Shown: piece after piece, positions 12,551 through 27,609 of the stretch
Numbering within the stretch: the first letter of the stretch is position 1
How the letters are laid out: each line of letters begins with the position of its first letter
Assembly (NCBI GenBank): GCA_013239625.1
Contig: MU054400.1
Location: 1,957,345 to 2,021,344 of the forward strand
Direction of reading: 5' to 3'
DNA from: Lama guanicoe
Lineage: Eukaryota
DNA length: 64,000 bases
Position numbers and translations under genes: made by a program
Notes under the pieces: generated by a model
Told to the model about the DNA's origin: nothing
Seen by the model: only the letters and a program-made list of their open reading frames with translations
Databases searched by the model: none

Positions 12551-13659
12551 AACTGCTGATTTTTTTGAGACTGCTTAATCAATCCATTAAATGACAATGC
12601 GTTTGAATTTTCATAGTTTGTGTATGAAGACCCTGATTCAGTCAGTTCTTTCCAGGCTAACATTCACCATCAAGGCCTAGTGCCTTAAAGCAGCAAATTA
12701 TGCTTCTGAGGTAAGAAAGTAATAAACCAAACCTTAATCTGTTAATATGCTAATTGCTTTCCCTGCTACAGAATAATCATATTTTAAGTCTTAGCATAAT
12801 AGATATATCCAGACAAAGCTCTGTTGTACATCTAAGATCCAGGTCATTATGTTGCTAATATTAAATTATTTCTTTGAGTAATTTTATAGGACTTGAATTT
12901 ATTTTAATTAATATCCACAATAATCCCCTGAAAACTAAATAGAAAACAAAATTTGCCATAGGAGATGTCTGAGACATAAATAAATACAAAGTAAAGGATC
13001 AATTATTGCAGCATAACTTGAAAAACTGCTCTTCACATAATGTTTACTTCAACTTTGTACCGCATTGATAGAATTTTTAAATATATTATCTATTTAATGT
13101 TCATGACAACATCTCAAAGGACAACTTCTCTAGAGTGAAAATCCTATGCTTTGTAAATCAGAGCCTTGCAGCTGAGAGGAGACTTTTCATTTGTTAGGTC
13201 AAGCTAAGAAATGAGGATTAAGAAAGGGAAAATGCTTTTCCACCAAGAACACTGACTTGACTGCCCTATTTGCAGAAGAAAATGGAGTGAAAATGGAGGT
13301 GGGAGTTGCCAAACAAAGTAAAAATGATCAAGTACTCTTGGAAAGAACTCCAGAGCTCAAACTCCACTGGTTTGATTTACAAGGATGCCCCAGGCAGAAA
13401 GATAGGCGAGAAAAGGAAGCCCTATCATGATGGTTTCATTCATACCATGTGGTTTCTACCACTACTTGCATGATTACTAAATACTCCCTTACCTGTGTCT
13501 CCATCCCAGACCTCACTGATGACTTTTATTCTTTATTTCCAATTTCCCATTAGGAATCCTCCCCTCAGATATCTCCACTACAGGGACCACAGAATCAACA
13601 TGTCCAAACCCATCATCTCCTCCCCTAACCTGCTTCTCCTTTATTCTATCTTCTCAGAG

Positions 13660-13795
13660 CCAGCTTCAGCCAGCTTAGGACCCCACACTTGGTTTAATGG
13701 TCTGCTGTTGTGATCTTGAAATTCTTAATAATTTTTGGACCAGGGGCCCCACATTTTCATTTTCCACTGGGCCCCCGAAATTTGTGTCCAGTACT
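13660..13795. mobile_element. MER91-like hAT-Tip100 element
   Basis: 'tcttgaaattcttaataatttttggaccaggggccccacattttcattttccactgggcccc'. Confidence 0.7.
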
Positions 13796-14399
13796 GGACT
13801 GGCATCACCATTACCCCTGTCGCTGAAACCAGCCACCTAATCCCAAATTCTCCCTTTCCTCATTTCCATAACCAATCATGCTGTTTCACGTCCACAGTTT
13901 TACACCAAGCAAGAGCCCACCTTGTTTGGAATGCGTTTTTCCCTTTTTCAAAGAATTGACTTCCACTTGTCCTTTAATTATTAATCAAGTTGCATCGATA
14001 CCAGAGATACTTACTGATGCCCGGGTCTGATACAGACGCCTCCTCTTGGTCCTCCACCCACAGAGACCTGTCCCTACATCTGTTATTCTGTCCTTGAATC
14101 ACGATCTTGTCTCTCTTCCTCCAAATGATGGTGGGTCTCTTGATGTCTGATTTTATTTTCTTTTTATCTCTAGTTCTCAGCTATGTGCTTGGCATATACA
14201 AGAAATTTTTTAATGTTTACTGAATAAGATTGATGTATTTCAAAAAAACTTTACTAATTCATTTTTGGAAAATACAATTGCTTGATCTATACAAATGTTC
14301 TTTCCTTTTAGAATGAGCTTCATTTTTTGCAAAGTGATCCCCTCATTTCCCTCCTGCACCTTCAGGGAAAGTCACCACAACAAACAGCTCCAGAGCTTA

Positions 14400-14824
14400 T
14401 GTTACACCTCAAATGCATTTTCCACTGTCCTCTGGGGTCACTGTCCCTCGAGGTCACTTCTGCAAGTGCAAACAGCTGGGTCCCCTATGCCTCTGGGAAC
14501 TTCCAAGCACTGCTGACTTATACACAGTGATTTGTTTGTGCCCAGAAGTTGCCAGAGTTCCTCCACAAGGCCACCAAGAGTCCAGGATGCAGGAGAGGAA
14601 GAGTGGGAAGTGTGGCCCAGAGGGACAAGAATTCTCTCATTAACCCTGGGCCCCTGTGTGCTCTCACAGATCACCAGATTGGCCATCATATGAAACCTTG
14701 TTTGAAAAACAATCTCTTGGAGACACTGCTTTGGGAAAGCAAGTGTTCTCCTTACTTGCTACAAGTAATAAACCCCTCCTTCTCTTGATCTGGCTGGTGA
14801 ACGGAGTCCAAAGGAATCATTTCA
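14400..14824 (+). mobile_element. Probable ERV solo LTR (5' boundary uncertain)
   Basis: 'actgctttggg...tctccttacttgctacaagtaataaa...atttca' resembles an LTR R/U5 end. Confidence 0.55.
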
Positions 14825-15044
14825 GCCCTAGCCTCACTGTCTCATCAGCACTTCAGTCCCTCATAATAGACACACCTGGATGGATTTCTTTATTCATTCA
14901 TCCACGCAAACATTCACTGAGCATCTACTGAAGGAAATGTGCCAGGTGAGGTATTATCAAGGAAGATGAGGGCCAAAAAGTCCCCACACTCAAGGAAATT
15001 AAGAGTATCATTATGAAACAGACAAATTCCACAAACAGCTTACA

Positions 15045-15205
15045 ATTCCAGGTGTGATGCACAGATCAGCGGCCCGGCAGCACCTTCTGGAAGCCTGTGA
15101 GAAAAGCAGAATTTTGGGGCCCTCCTCAGGACCTCCTGAGTCAGAATATGCATGTTAACAGCAGCACAGAAGATCCACACGAATATCAGAGACTGAGAAG
15201 CATTG
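15045..15205. mobile_element. MER5-like hAT MITE
   Basis: 'gcagaattttggggcc...ctcctgagtcagaatatgcatgttaaca...tgagaagcattg'. Confidence 0.7.
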
Positions 15206-15766
15206 ACCCAAGAGCTGAACCTCTTTTTATCCTGAATTAAGTTCAAACCTCAGTTGCAAAACCTGCCCTAATGGCTCCTGCTCATAATCCCCCTTTTTCC
15301 CACCTCTGGACTCCAATTCTGGCTCTCGGCTACTTCACAGGAGGGGCAACGTGACTCCTCCCCCACGCCAAGCGGGAGCTGGGGGGGGATGTGGGGGGCT
15401 CAGACCCACTGCCTCCACTCTCGCCAGTGAGGCTCACAGTAGATTCCCAAGGGAACAAGGTCTGATATTTCCATTCCTGCCATGTTTTTAAGAGTTCCCA
15501 AAAGGCCTCCTCAGAAAAAGAAGTAACAACTTAAGAATTTGATGACTGACGGGCCCGATTCAAGCAGTTTACATTTTAAACACTGAATGCATTGTCTCTG
15601 TATATTTTCCATAATCAAAAGAGGGGCCTCAAAGTAAGACAAGGCGTTATTTAACTCTTAGAGTTGAAAAAAAAAAATCAAGGTTCAGCTGGATACCAAG
15701 TGCAATTGGGAAATGCTGTTGAGAGTAGAGCCTGGCCTTGTTGTTTTGCACAAACACTGTGATACC

Positions 15767-15804
15767 CACGTATGCATGCACACGCGCGTGTGCGCGCACA
15801 CACG
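15767..15804. repeat. 38-bp perfect alternating purine-pyrimidine tract
   Basis: cacgtatgcatgcacacgcgcgtgtgcgcgcacacacg. Confidence 0.9.
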
Positions 15805-15994
15805 GGTATATGGTTAATACTAAGAATTCCAAATAGACATGTACACATTTGCCATGTACACTTTGGGTGTTTTTTTATTTAATTGACATCATTTCAAGTA
15901 CTTACAACTTGAAATCTTGGAGGTTCAAGATGTATGGGAGTTCTATGTTGTTTTATTTAGGGTTCTTTAAAATTTTTCATGAAATTCAGTATGT

Positions 15995-17927
15995 TGACAG
16001 TTATCAAAACCCGAAAATTCTTAAGCTTGTTGCCTCAAAATTTCTTTACACAACTGAGGATCTACAGAACTCTTGTTTACTTGGGTTGTATATCTCAGTG
16101 TTTGCCGATAATTTTTTAAAATATTCAATTATTGATTCATTTTAAAATAATAAACCCATTGTACATGAACATAAATAACATATTTTATGAAAGATAACTT
16201 TATTTTACAAAGTAAAAAACTATCTCAGTGAGAAAAGTAGAACCATTTTACATTTTGCAAATATCTTTAATGCCTGGCTCAATAGAAGACAGCTGGATTC
16301 CCACATCTGTTTCTGTATTCAGTGCATTGCAATATCACATATCATGCAGTCTCTGGAAAACTCCACTGTATACTTGTGAGAAAATGAAAGTGGAAAAGGC
16401 AAACAACATCTCAACAAGGGTGACAAATAGAAAAATCATTTTTTCAACAAATGACGCTGGAACAACTGGATAGCCACATGCAAAAGAATAAAGTTGGACC
16501 CTTACCTCACACCATACATGAAAATTAACTCAAAATGGATCAGATGTGGAGTGGCTATTAATGGGCACAGTTTTATTTGAAAGGATGATAAAAATGTTCT
16601 GGAATTAGGTAGTGGTGATAGCTGTACAACCTTGTGAATACAGTAAATCTACTAAATTTTACACTTTAAAATGGTGAATTTTACAGTATGTGAATTACAT
16701 CAATAAAATAACTAATAAAAGACCTAAATGTAAGAGCTAAAACTATAAAATTGTTTGAAGAAAACATAGGTATAGGTCTCAGGACCTTGTTTACACAATA
16801 GTTAGCTGTGGCACCAAAATCACAAGGAACAATAGAAAAAAATAAATAAATTAGATTTCATCAAAATTTTTAAAATTTTAACACCATCAGTAAAAGGACA
16901 GCCCACATCCACAAAATGGAAGAAAAATTGCAAGTCATATATTAAATGAGGGATTTGTATCCAGAATGTATAAAGAACCCCCAGAATTCAATAATAAAAA
17001 GACAATCCAACTTTGAAATGGGCAAAAGATCCAAATAGACAGTTCTCCAAAAAAGATACCCAAATGGCCAACAAGTACATGAAATGATGTTCAACATCAT
17101 TAGTTATCAAAGAAATGCAAATCAAAACTACAATAATATATCGCTTCACACCTACTAAAATGGTTATAATCAAATAGACAATAACAAGTGTTGACAAGGA
17201 TGTAGAGAAGTTGAATCCATTGTACATTACTGGTGGGAAGGCAAAATGGTGCAGCTGCTTGAGAAGACAGTTTGGCAAATTGTTCAGTTCAAAAGATTAA
17301 ACATAGAATTACTATATGACCCAGTAATTTCACTCCCAGATAGACACCCAAGAGAAATTGCAAATTTTACAGGAATGTTCACTGCAACATCCTTCGTAAT
17401 AGCCAAAAAGTGGGGGGGGGAACTAAATTTTCATCAACTGATGAACTGATAAAACGTGATTTATCCATACAATAGAAATAGGAAAAACATGGAGGAACCT
17501 TAAAAACATTATGCTATGTGAAAGAAGCTAGACAGAAAAGATCACATATTATATGATTTCATTTTTATAAAATGTCCACAATAGGCAAATGTATAGAGAC
17601 AAAGTAGACGAATGGTTACCGAGGGCTGAGAGATTTGGAGGAAGCGGGAGTATGGCTACTAAAGGGCACAAGGTTTCTTCTGTGCATGATGGAAATGTTT
17701 CAAAATTTAATGCGGTGACGGTTGCACAGTTCTGTGAGTATCTTAAATTGTACACTAAGTGGGTGAATTTTGTGGCATGTGAGGTATATCTCAATAAAAC
17801 TGTCTTATTCAGAAGAGGCAAATAACATCTTAGTACCTTTATGAAAATGATTTGAACCTTGTATACAGAGCCTCTGAAAGGATCTCAGGGACTTCTGGCA
17901 GTCCCCAGAACACACTGAGAACCACTG
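15995..17927. mobile_element. Charlie-like hAT DNA transposon split by an L1 insertion
   Basis: Segments ~15995-16411 and 17815-17927 (ending 'tgagaaccactg') rejoin across the L1 target-site duplication. Confidence 0.65.
16412..17813 (+). mobile_element. LINE-1 (L1MB-like), 5'-truncated, with TSD
   Basis: L1 ORF2 end and 3' UTR; TSD aaggcaaacaacatct (16396-16411) / gaggcaaataacatct (17815-17830). Confidence 0.9.
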
Positions 17928-19149
17928 ACCCAGACAAAGCATCTAGTGTGGGTATTGTGGGTAATCTTCCTAGCAACCTCTCCCCTTCCCCCCTTCCTCC
18001 TGCAGAAGAGAGCCTTGATTTCCAGGTATTGACCTCTCCCCCATGCAGACCACCAGCTGGAAGGAAGTCGATTCCACTCAGAGACCCAATGTTAGGTTCT
18101 GGTCACCCATTCCCTTCCACTGATTACAGTCACTCATGCAGTGTGGGCGTGTGACCTAGGAAGTCTGATCAGAATGATTGCAGGACGTTGGCTTGGAATG
18201 CTGAGTTGGAAATGGTTTCTCTCTTCCTCTGGAGGGTGTTTCATGGAAATGTGAGAACTGGAATTACCATAACCAATTCATTATCAGGTCTGAGGACAAA
18301 GCCTCCCAGGATAGTCCTTGAATTAGGTCCTCACTTAACTCGGGACTTCTGGATACATGATCCAGTAAACGTCCTTAATGTTAAAGCCAGTTTCGACTAG
18401 AATTTGTTAGATGTAGTTAAAAGCACTTGGCTGATAAACTGTCCAAATGACGTGGAGCTAACAGTATTGCATTCTCCGCACAGTCAATACACTCTGTCTT
18501 TGCTCTGAGGACATCAAGAGATAAGATCTTAGCAGACCATTGAAATAACATTACTTTTTTGTCAGAATATACTTAATACAAAGAGCTGGCCCATGTAATC
18601 TAGGCCTAAACACGTCAGAGTTAGACCACAGTATTTAACAAACTGTCCCTCTCTTCTGTTCCTTTTGTGTCTGCTTGTCACTGTACTCTGAATGGCATTC
18701 CAGATAAGTTTGATAGAGAAAAGTGTTGGATCGTACTTACTAGCAGAAAGGGTGTGGCTGTCAGCTAGACCTTGCTCAGATTTCACCAGCAGGATTGTTT
18801 TGGGGCCTGATACACAGCACATATGTATGTTTGTACGTGAGCAATTCCTGTTGCAGTAAACTACTGTCCCTTCTTTAATCAACTAAATTAATGAGAAAAG
18901 TATTCTACACTTGGGTGATGTTTTAACATTTACAACATGCCTTTACAGACATCATCTCAACAATCCAAAAGAAGTTAGCAGTTGAGGAATTATCATGCCC
19001 ATTTTGCAGATAAAAAACAGGAGGCCCAGTGACTCGCTTAAGGTCTTCCACAATCAGGAAGTGATGGAGTTTGAGTTTAAAGACATTAGGTTATAAGCTA
19101 AAGCTTTCCACTACTTAGGATTAAATTTAATATATCTTCACATAATAGT

Positions 19150-19410
19150 AAGACAACAATCAATATTTTATCAACTCTTCCTATGGGCCAGGTACTAAGC
19201 ACTTGGCATATATTTCACATTTAATTGTTATAACAAGCCCATGAGGTCTGTGCCATTATTATCCCCACTTTACAGATGAGGAAACTGAGACCCAAAGAGG
19301 TAGAGTCTTACTCAAAATCACCTGGCTAATCAATGGTAGAACCAGGGTTCAAACCCAAGCAAGTCGCACTCCAGAATGTAAGCTCTCAACCACTTGGTCA
19401 CACTGCCACT
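19150..19410 (-). mobile_element. MIR SINE
   Basis: MIR core 'attattatccccactttacagatgaggaaactgag'. Confidence 0.85.
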
Positions 19411-19705
19411 TCAACAAGAGCAGACATGCCTGCTCTGTACAAGATGGCTCGTAGCTGCCCAGAATCTACCAGCTCAGTAGGAATGGAACCGATATCTAAC
19501 AGCACAAACTACAAAGGATTATGCTATAACTTTTCTTGTTACAGAATTTGATCACACAGAGATTGCCTAAAATATGCCAGGGCTTAGCGAACATCTTATT
19601 AAACTTTCCTGACCGTTTTATTATAACAATAATTGTAACTCAATTTGACCTATTCTGAAAGACACTACTGCTTCCTTAACCAATAGCAGTTTCCCACCGT
19701 CCACT

Positions 19706-19731
19706 ACACACACACACACACACACACACAC
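19706..19731. repeat. (AC)13 microsatellite
   Basis: Read directly from the sequence. Confidence 0.95.
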
Positions 19732-19739
19732 CCCTCTCC

Positions 19740-20215
19740 AATGCCTCTATGATGTCAAAGCCCACCTCCCATTATAGGGAGTGAAGAATGCAAATACCAA
19801 GTTTACACATTCCTAGACTCTTTGTAGCTAGGGCATGGGTGTATGATCCAATCCTGGCCAATGAGATCTGATGGGAAGACAGATGGGGGCCTCCAAGAAA
19901 GGTGTTCCTCCGAGATAAAAAGAAATGCAGGAGGAAATACCACCTCTAATATGGTGGGTGTGGTGGTGCTGGACCAACATTCAGAACTACTGCAGTCACC
20001 CTGTAATCATGATGGCCATAAGCGACATGGGTGACGTGTTGAGGATGGCAGAGTAGAAAGATGGAAAGCACCTGGGTCCATGCAGAGCTGCTGAACAACT
20101 CTGAAGCTGCCCTACCTCTGGACTTCTCATTAGGTAAGATAATAAGTGTCCTTATTATTGAAGCCACTTGAACTTGGCCACTCTCTGATTTGCAGCCTAA
20201 AGCATCCTAACTCTC
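19740..20215 (+). mobile_element. Old ERVL/MaLR LTR (LTR16/MLT1-like)
   Basis: 'gatccaatcctggccaatgagat...gaggatggcagagtagaaagatggaaag...ttgcagcctaaagcatcctaact'. Confidence 0.65.
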
Positions 20216-22813
20216 AAGTCTCAAGTGGCAGCTTCAGAGAAGAAAGAGGTCTGGACTTTGAGTCAAATGAGATAGGTTCTAATCCACTTACTTGCCAGGT
20301 GACCCAAGTTGCCTAATCTCTCTAAATATTTTAACATTTAATAACAAAATAACAATGGAGGTAACGCAGAATAGTAATGAAAATCACGTGAGATCACGTG
20401 AATACAACCACTCTGTCAACAGCAGTGTTTCATTCAAATGTAATTGGTCTAGGTAATAATTAAACTATAGCCATCAATTCTAATGCAACTCTCTTACTTT
20501 ACAAAAGAAGAAACATTGATTCCAAATGTCAAATGACTCACTTAATGTCACACAACTGGTTGGTTACATAACAAAACCACGTATGTCCTGATTCCCAATC
20601 CAGTGTTGTCATGCTACCCTCATGCTGACAGGCAATGACCTACGTTAAATATTGGGCCGGTGGCATTCATTCATTCAACAAGTGTTCATTGACACAACTA
20701 TATGCCAGGTTCTACTCAAGGTAATGAAAACTCTGATGAACAGTAAGGACCACAAAATAAAGTTCCTACTCTCATAAATTTAACAGTCTAGAAATTATTC
20801 AATAGACATCTATAAATAATTGTTAAGTGCCTACTATGTGCTAAGCACAATGCTTGGATTTCTATTCAAATACAAATACAAGTTCCCAGCCAATTACAGT
20901 GATATCAGCCATGTTTACCAGGATTTGCTAATAATAAATAATGTGGAAAGTTTATATTTTAGTCAATAAAGTCAGTATTAAAAATGGCAAGTTCATTAAA
21001 AGGATCTGTGAATACCATGCCAGCATCTGAAAACATGGACAGAATGGGGAAGATGGCGAGAACTCCCTTCTCCTTAAAGCAGCAAGACTGAATGAAAGAA
21101 GTTAGAGCTAAGCCATGTCGTTCTACTGTCTCCAGACTTCAAGGGTTGACTCAGCTAGAAAAGCCCAGCAGGGAACATTCAGCAACTCTTCCCCTTCCCC
21201 GGGCCTCTGTCTGGTGCCCTAGACTCTCCTTTGGCTCCCCACCCATTTGGAATTTCTCTACCATTCTACCTAAACATTCACTTGCAAATGACAGGACAGG
21301 ACAGCATGCTAGACCCTCTGAAGAGACAGAGCAGGTGACTCTTGGCATCGCCTACTGGAGCTGGCTATCAGGCTTTTGACACTGAGCCATAAGGTTGTTT
21401 GTTCGAAAGTTTTCTTTGTCAATAACCACCAAAATTATATAATTTGGAAAAAATATTTTAATGCTATTATTTCGCAAAAAAAAAATCCATAACACGCATT
21501 TTGTGCAGGTTATTAAGGGACGGAGGGTCTGTGTGACACTCCTTTAACTTTGTGAGTCCCTGGCATGGAGGAAAAAGGCAAGCAAGGAAGGAAAGACAGA
21601 TGGATTCCCCAGGGCATATCCTGGTGACTCCAAAAGGATCTTTAAAAAAAAAAATCATTTTGTTCTCACCCTAAACAAATGGAAAGTTTTTTGTGACCTT
21701 CTACTCAGACGTGTAATTTCAATTCCCGGGTTTGAAATACTCTAGGAAGGTCTAAGGTCCAAAATCATCCAAATAAAACCTTTTAATTCATTTTAATTGG
21801 TTAAATGATAATCATTATGTGGGGCAGATGTGACTCCAAATAAAAGATTTGATTTTTTTAAAGCAATGCCAAAAATCAACATTTTGGAACATACCATCTT
21901 AACCTCTTTGGCATCAATTGGCCCGTGCAAACTCTAACGTTCCAAATTGTTATTAGACTGGCTACAATTTATTGTTTCCCAGAACACCAGACAACAAATG
22001 CATGTCCTTTGGAGAATATTTATCTATTCTAAGGAAGGCTTCCTCCCCAGAAGGGGAAAAACAGTAGTGTCAACTCTGATTGGGACAGGATAGGGAAGAC
22101 AGAAAGCTAAGAGAGCTCAGGAGAACTAAACAGCCCCACCCCCTGCTGCCAGCCCCTTCTTTATCTACACATTCAACATGAGTTAAAGTTCTCGCACACC
22201 TATTTTAGGACTTAAAGCAAAGTGCACAAACTACTCTCTGGATCACAAGACAGTACATGCCAAATGCTTCTGTGCAACACTGTGGCAGCAGAAAAACTGC
22301 CTATCCTGCTAATCCTTTTATTATTAAGTTTAGCAGCAGTGTTCAGCTCATAATGAAACTCAAGATCCTCCAGAAAAGTCAGTGAGAGCCTCCTTTCCTG
22401 GGAGGTCACAGGGCACCACACTCCTGACTTGAAACTTACCCAGCTGTCGCTTACAAATTAGTTGCCACTGTCACCATGTCACAAACTCTCATAGGAAAAA
22501 AAAAATGGAAAGACCATTCATTCATTCATTCTTGGTTAACACACAGGGCAGAGGCAGATTCCCATTGCTGGGAGACGCTGCCCCCATTCTTCTCTCACAA
22601 GAACTGGGTAGGGTGCCCAGTATTTTAAAAAACAGCTCAGTCCTGGAATTTCAAGACTCGGGGTAGGTGAGAAGAGGAAATCCCAGAGATAAGTAATAGA
22701 TTTAAAAGTCAGAAGCTAATAGTGCTGAACCCTGACACGACCTTTCCAGATTGCACACCCCAAATGGGTAATGGTTAAGGCACACTTCTGCCTACATATA
22801 CACGCACTGGAAT

Positions 22814-22815
<2 letters not shown>

Positions 22816-22849
<34 letters not shown>
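22816..22849. repeat. (AC)17 microsatellite
   Basis: Read directly from the sequence. Confidence 0.95.
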
Positions 22850-22851
<2 letters not shown>

Positions 22852-23099
22852 CATTACAGCTTACACTAGATCTCCTGAAAGCCCAGAGGCACTTACTAGC
22901 CGAGGATGGGGCTCCCAGCAAAGCTGCCTTCGCCCAAACAACTCTGGCCTTCTCCAACTTTGGATGAGAGCAAATGTCGACCAATTTTCTAAAGGGCGCT
23001 CTTTCCCGGGACCCAGATCCTGCAGAGTTCCCTGCCTGCTGTCCTCACAGCCCTTTTCCTAACTCTGAAACACTCAGATTTCATACGATTTCTTTTTGA

Positions 23100-24565
<1,466 letters not shown>

Positions 24566-27399
24566 ACAGCAAAAATAAGGCTCATAGTAACAATTCCTGG
24601 TGCTCACGGGGATTTTTGTAAGCCTTTATTTAATATTAACTGGGAGTCAATCTCCTTCTCTAAGAGATTCAGAACCTTCCTTAAGCAATTTCTCATTTTT
24701 GTCTCCGGACATCTCAGTATGATCTTTGGTAGCAGTACCTTAGACCTGAGCAAGAGGGTTCCTACCCTGCCCCTCCACCACCGCCCCTTGGGGGTCTTCC
24801 TTTTACTCCCCCGTTGCCCAAGAATGGAGGTGTGCGCCTTCCCGTTTTAGGATCTCTGGGTACTGGTGACCCTGGTATTCCGCCTCCAGTATGTTGGAGA
24901 TGGGGGTCTCCTGCCCCTTTGTCTTCCCCAGAGTGGCTCGAGCCCTGTGTGATGCGCCCACAGGCCCAAGGGGCGGCCGTGGAGGCAGGTGGATGGAGGT
25001 TGGATGTGGAGACCAGGACGTCCAGGAGCGGGAAGAAGAGGGGCTGTCGTCCTGCTGCCTTTCACTGAGCTAAGCATGCTTATTAAGAGTATTTGTTAGA
25101 GGAGGGACTTACTGTCCAACTTCCAGCTCTTGCTGCAGCTGCACAGAGGTCCCTCATCCTGTCGTTGAGGTGGGGAGGGATGGCCAAGCCATGTCATCCA
25201 GCAGATACACTCTGATGGGCCATGTATGCGCCAGGACTCCCCGTGGGGTTGGGGCCTGCGTGGCAGTCGGTTTCCTCCCTCCGCCTGCTCCTGCTTCCTC
25301 CCGTGTTGCTAAATTCAGTCTCAGCATTTGATTCTGGAAACCCGCAGCTGTCAAGATAGCAGGATGGAGTGTATTTTATTTAACAGTTGATAGCTTGATT
25401 ACTGCTGGTAAATTATTTAGATCACAGTCTGTGGGTCTCCATGTGTACCCTTGTTCTGGGCTGATGAATGTTAGGGCAGGGCCTGAAAGGGAGGTCAGTG
25501 TGGAGGGTCTGGGAAGATGTGGACCAGATTCTTAGCCCCACTACTGGCCAACCCTGGGGATCCTGGGAAAGTCTCCTCCTTTCTTTTCTCAACTTCAAAG
25601 GCGAGCACATCTGTGTTTGTTCCGCCCATCTCACAGGTGGCTGAGACGCTGGGATGACAAGGCCAGTGGAGGGCAGGTGACAGTGTGTCCTCTGTAAAGC
25701 TCCATATGCATATGAGATGCAGTACTGAGACTGTCCCACTCCAGCACGAAAACTGCAGCTGGGGTTGAATCATCTCTCCCACCCTGAAGAGCAGATCTAA
25801 GATTGCCTAGAGATCAAAGAAAAGTCACCTTTCAACATAACCCAAGCTTTTCTTTAAAGGCGACATACTTCTCCTTCTTTATTATAGCTCCAAAAGAGTC
25901 ATGCTCAATACCTCAAAAGTGTTATCTCAAATTTCAAGGAAGCAGAATAAGGACAGTAGGAAAAAGGACAGAATGAAGATCACCCAAAACGGGATTGCAA
26001 GCAACAGCATTTTGAGGAAATGAGAATCTGAGATTGGCTACCTGCCTGGTTTGGGAGGCTGAGATTCAACAAATATAATGTGGGCTCTGGAAGCCCTTGG
26101 AATACGTGGAAAAATAGCTAATACCGTATATGGTCACCAGAAGCAAAGTACCCACTGAAGACAAGGCTTTGAGAAACCAAGTGGCCGTGGTCAAAAAATA
26201 ACATGAAGAGCAAGAGGAATTCAAAAAATGAACTCAAGAGATGAGCTTAAAACCGGGACCATTTGAGGAAAAGCAATGACACACTCAGAGTCCTAAATTC
26301 TCAGCTCACGACTTTTAAAAAGCTATATTCTTTCTATGACAAGAGCTAAAAGAAATTTTTTAATTGAGCCACAAGGCTAAAAATCAAACTCAAAATTCTG
26401 TCTACAAGTTGCCAAATTACAAAGTCAGTTGAATGATCAACCTCACTAGATTTCATGCGTAAGAGAGAGTTATCATCAGGGAAGAGTGGGAATCTGGGAA
26501 TAGAAATAGGACCATAAATGGGTAATTGGAGCTTCCAAGTCCCTCTTGACAGCTGAAGCAAAGCCTTTTCCCGTACAGAAGACTTGTTTGCCTTGTTTAA
26601 AGATTATTCTGACCTCACCTGAGGCACTACCTTGGAAACGAAAGCCTATCTCCTTGCCACCCCTCTGCCACACCTACCACTTCTGACTACTCTCATTCTT
26701 AATGCTTATATTAGATCCTAGCACACTGGGAAAACCAACTACAAAGTCAACCCCAGGAAGAAAAAGAATTGCAAGGTTTTGCTTATTTAAATTGAAAAGT
26801 ATGTGTGTAAACCTAAATTTGTTGACTTAAAGTGCAATTTCCAGTGACTTTCTACTATCCAAATAAATTGACACCTGCCTTTGCCTTTGACTGCCTGTTA
26901 GATGATCATAATTCATCATAATTTGGTTTTGGTCCATGAGATGCTTTGCCTTTCAGATAAATATAAAATATTTAGTTTTCTTGCAAAATTAATTTTCACA
27001 ATTTTTCTACTAACATAAAAATAAGTTTGGTTTTTCACTGTTGATATTATTTGCTACTAAAATACTGATTTTTATTAATTCTTCCTTGTCTTGCTTCTTG
27101 CTTTTTATTTTTTATTTGCTTCTGAAATTTTCGGTTAGCCAAATTCAGGGTATTGCTGGAATTTCTTTGTATTTCTTAAAGAAAAAAGAAATATAATGAA
27201 TCCTAATCATTAAATGTACTCTTACAATTTCAGGAGGCTCATTTTTAATATATTTTGTGCTATACGGGGTAGTAATATTTATGTTTTGTGTATTTTCGGA
27301 ATTTTTATTCTTTAAGTGAAAAATAAATTTCAGTTATTCCATTTTGTTTACTATGCACTCCACTTCTTTGAATTTTTTATGTTATTTATTTAACTTCTT

Positions 27400-27559
27400 T
27401 TTTTAATGTATTGCACTTTTATTTATTTATTTTTTTAGGGGGGGAGGTAATTAGGTTTACTTATTTATTTACTTTTAGAGGAAGTACCGGGGATTGAACC
27501 CAGGACCTTGTGTATGCTAAGCATGTGCTTTACCACTTTGAGCTATACCCTTCCCCTCC
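27400..27559 (-). mobile_element. tRNA-derived SINE (camelid vic-1-like)
   Basis: Reverse complement shows A/B-box-like 'gggtatagctcaaagtggta...ggttcaatccc'; perfect 12-bp TSD atttaacttctt (27388-27399 / 27560-27571). Confidence 0.88.
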
Positions 27560-27609
27560 ATTTAACTTCTTGTTGTAAAATACACATAACATAAAATCTA
27601 CCCTCTTAA

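Noticed and set aside
27480..27555. tRNA-like sequence (also at ~30495 and ~34795)
   Set aside because: These are SINE heads with TSDs, not tRNA genes
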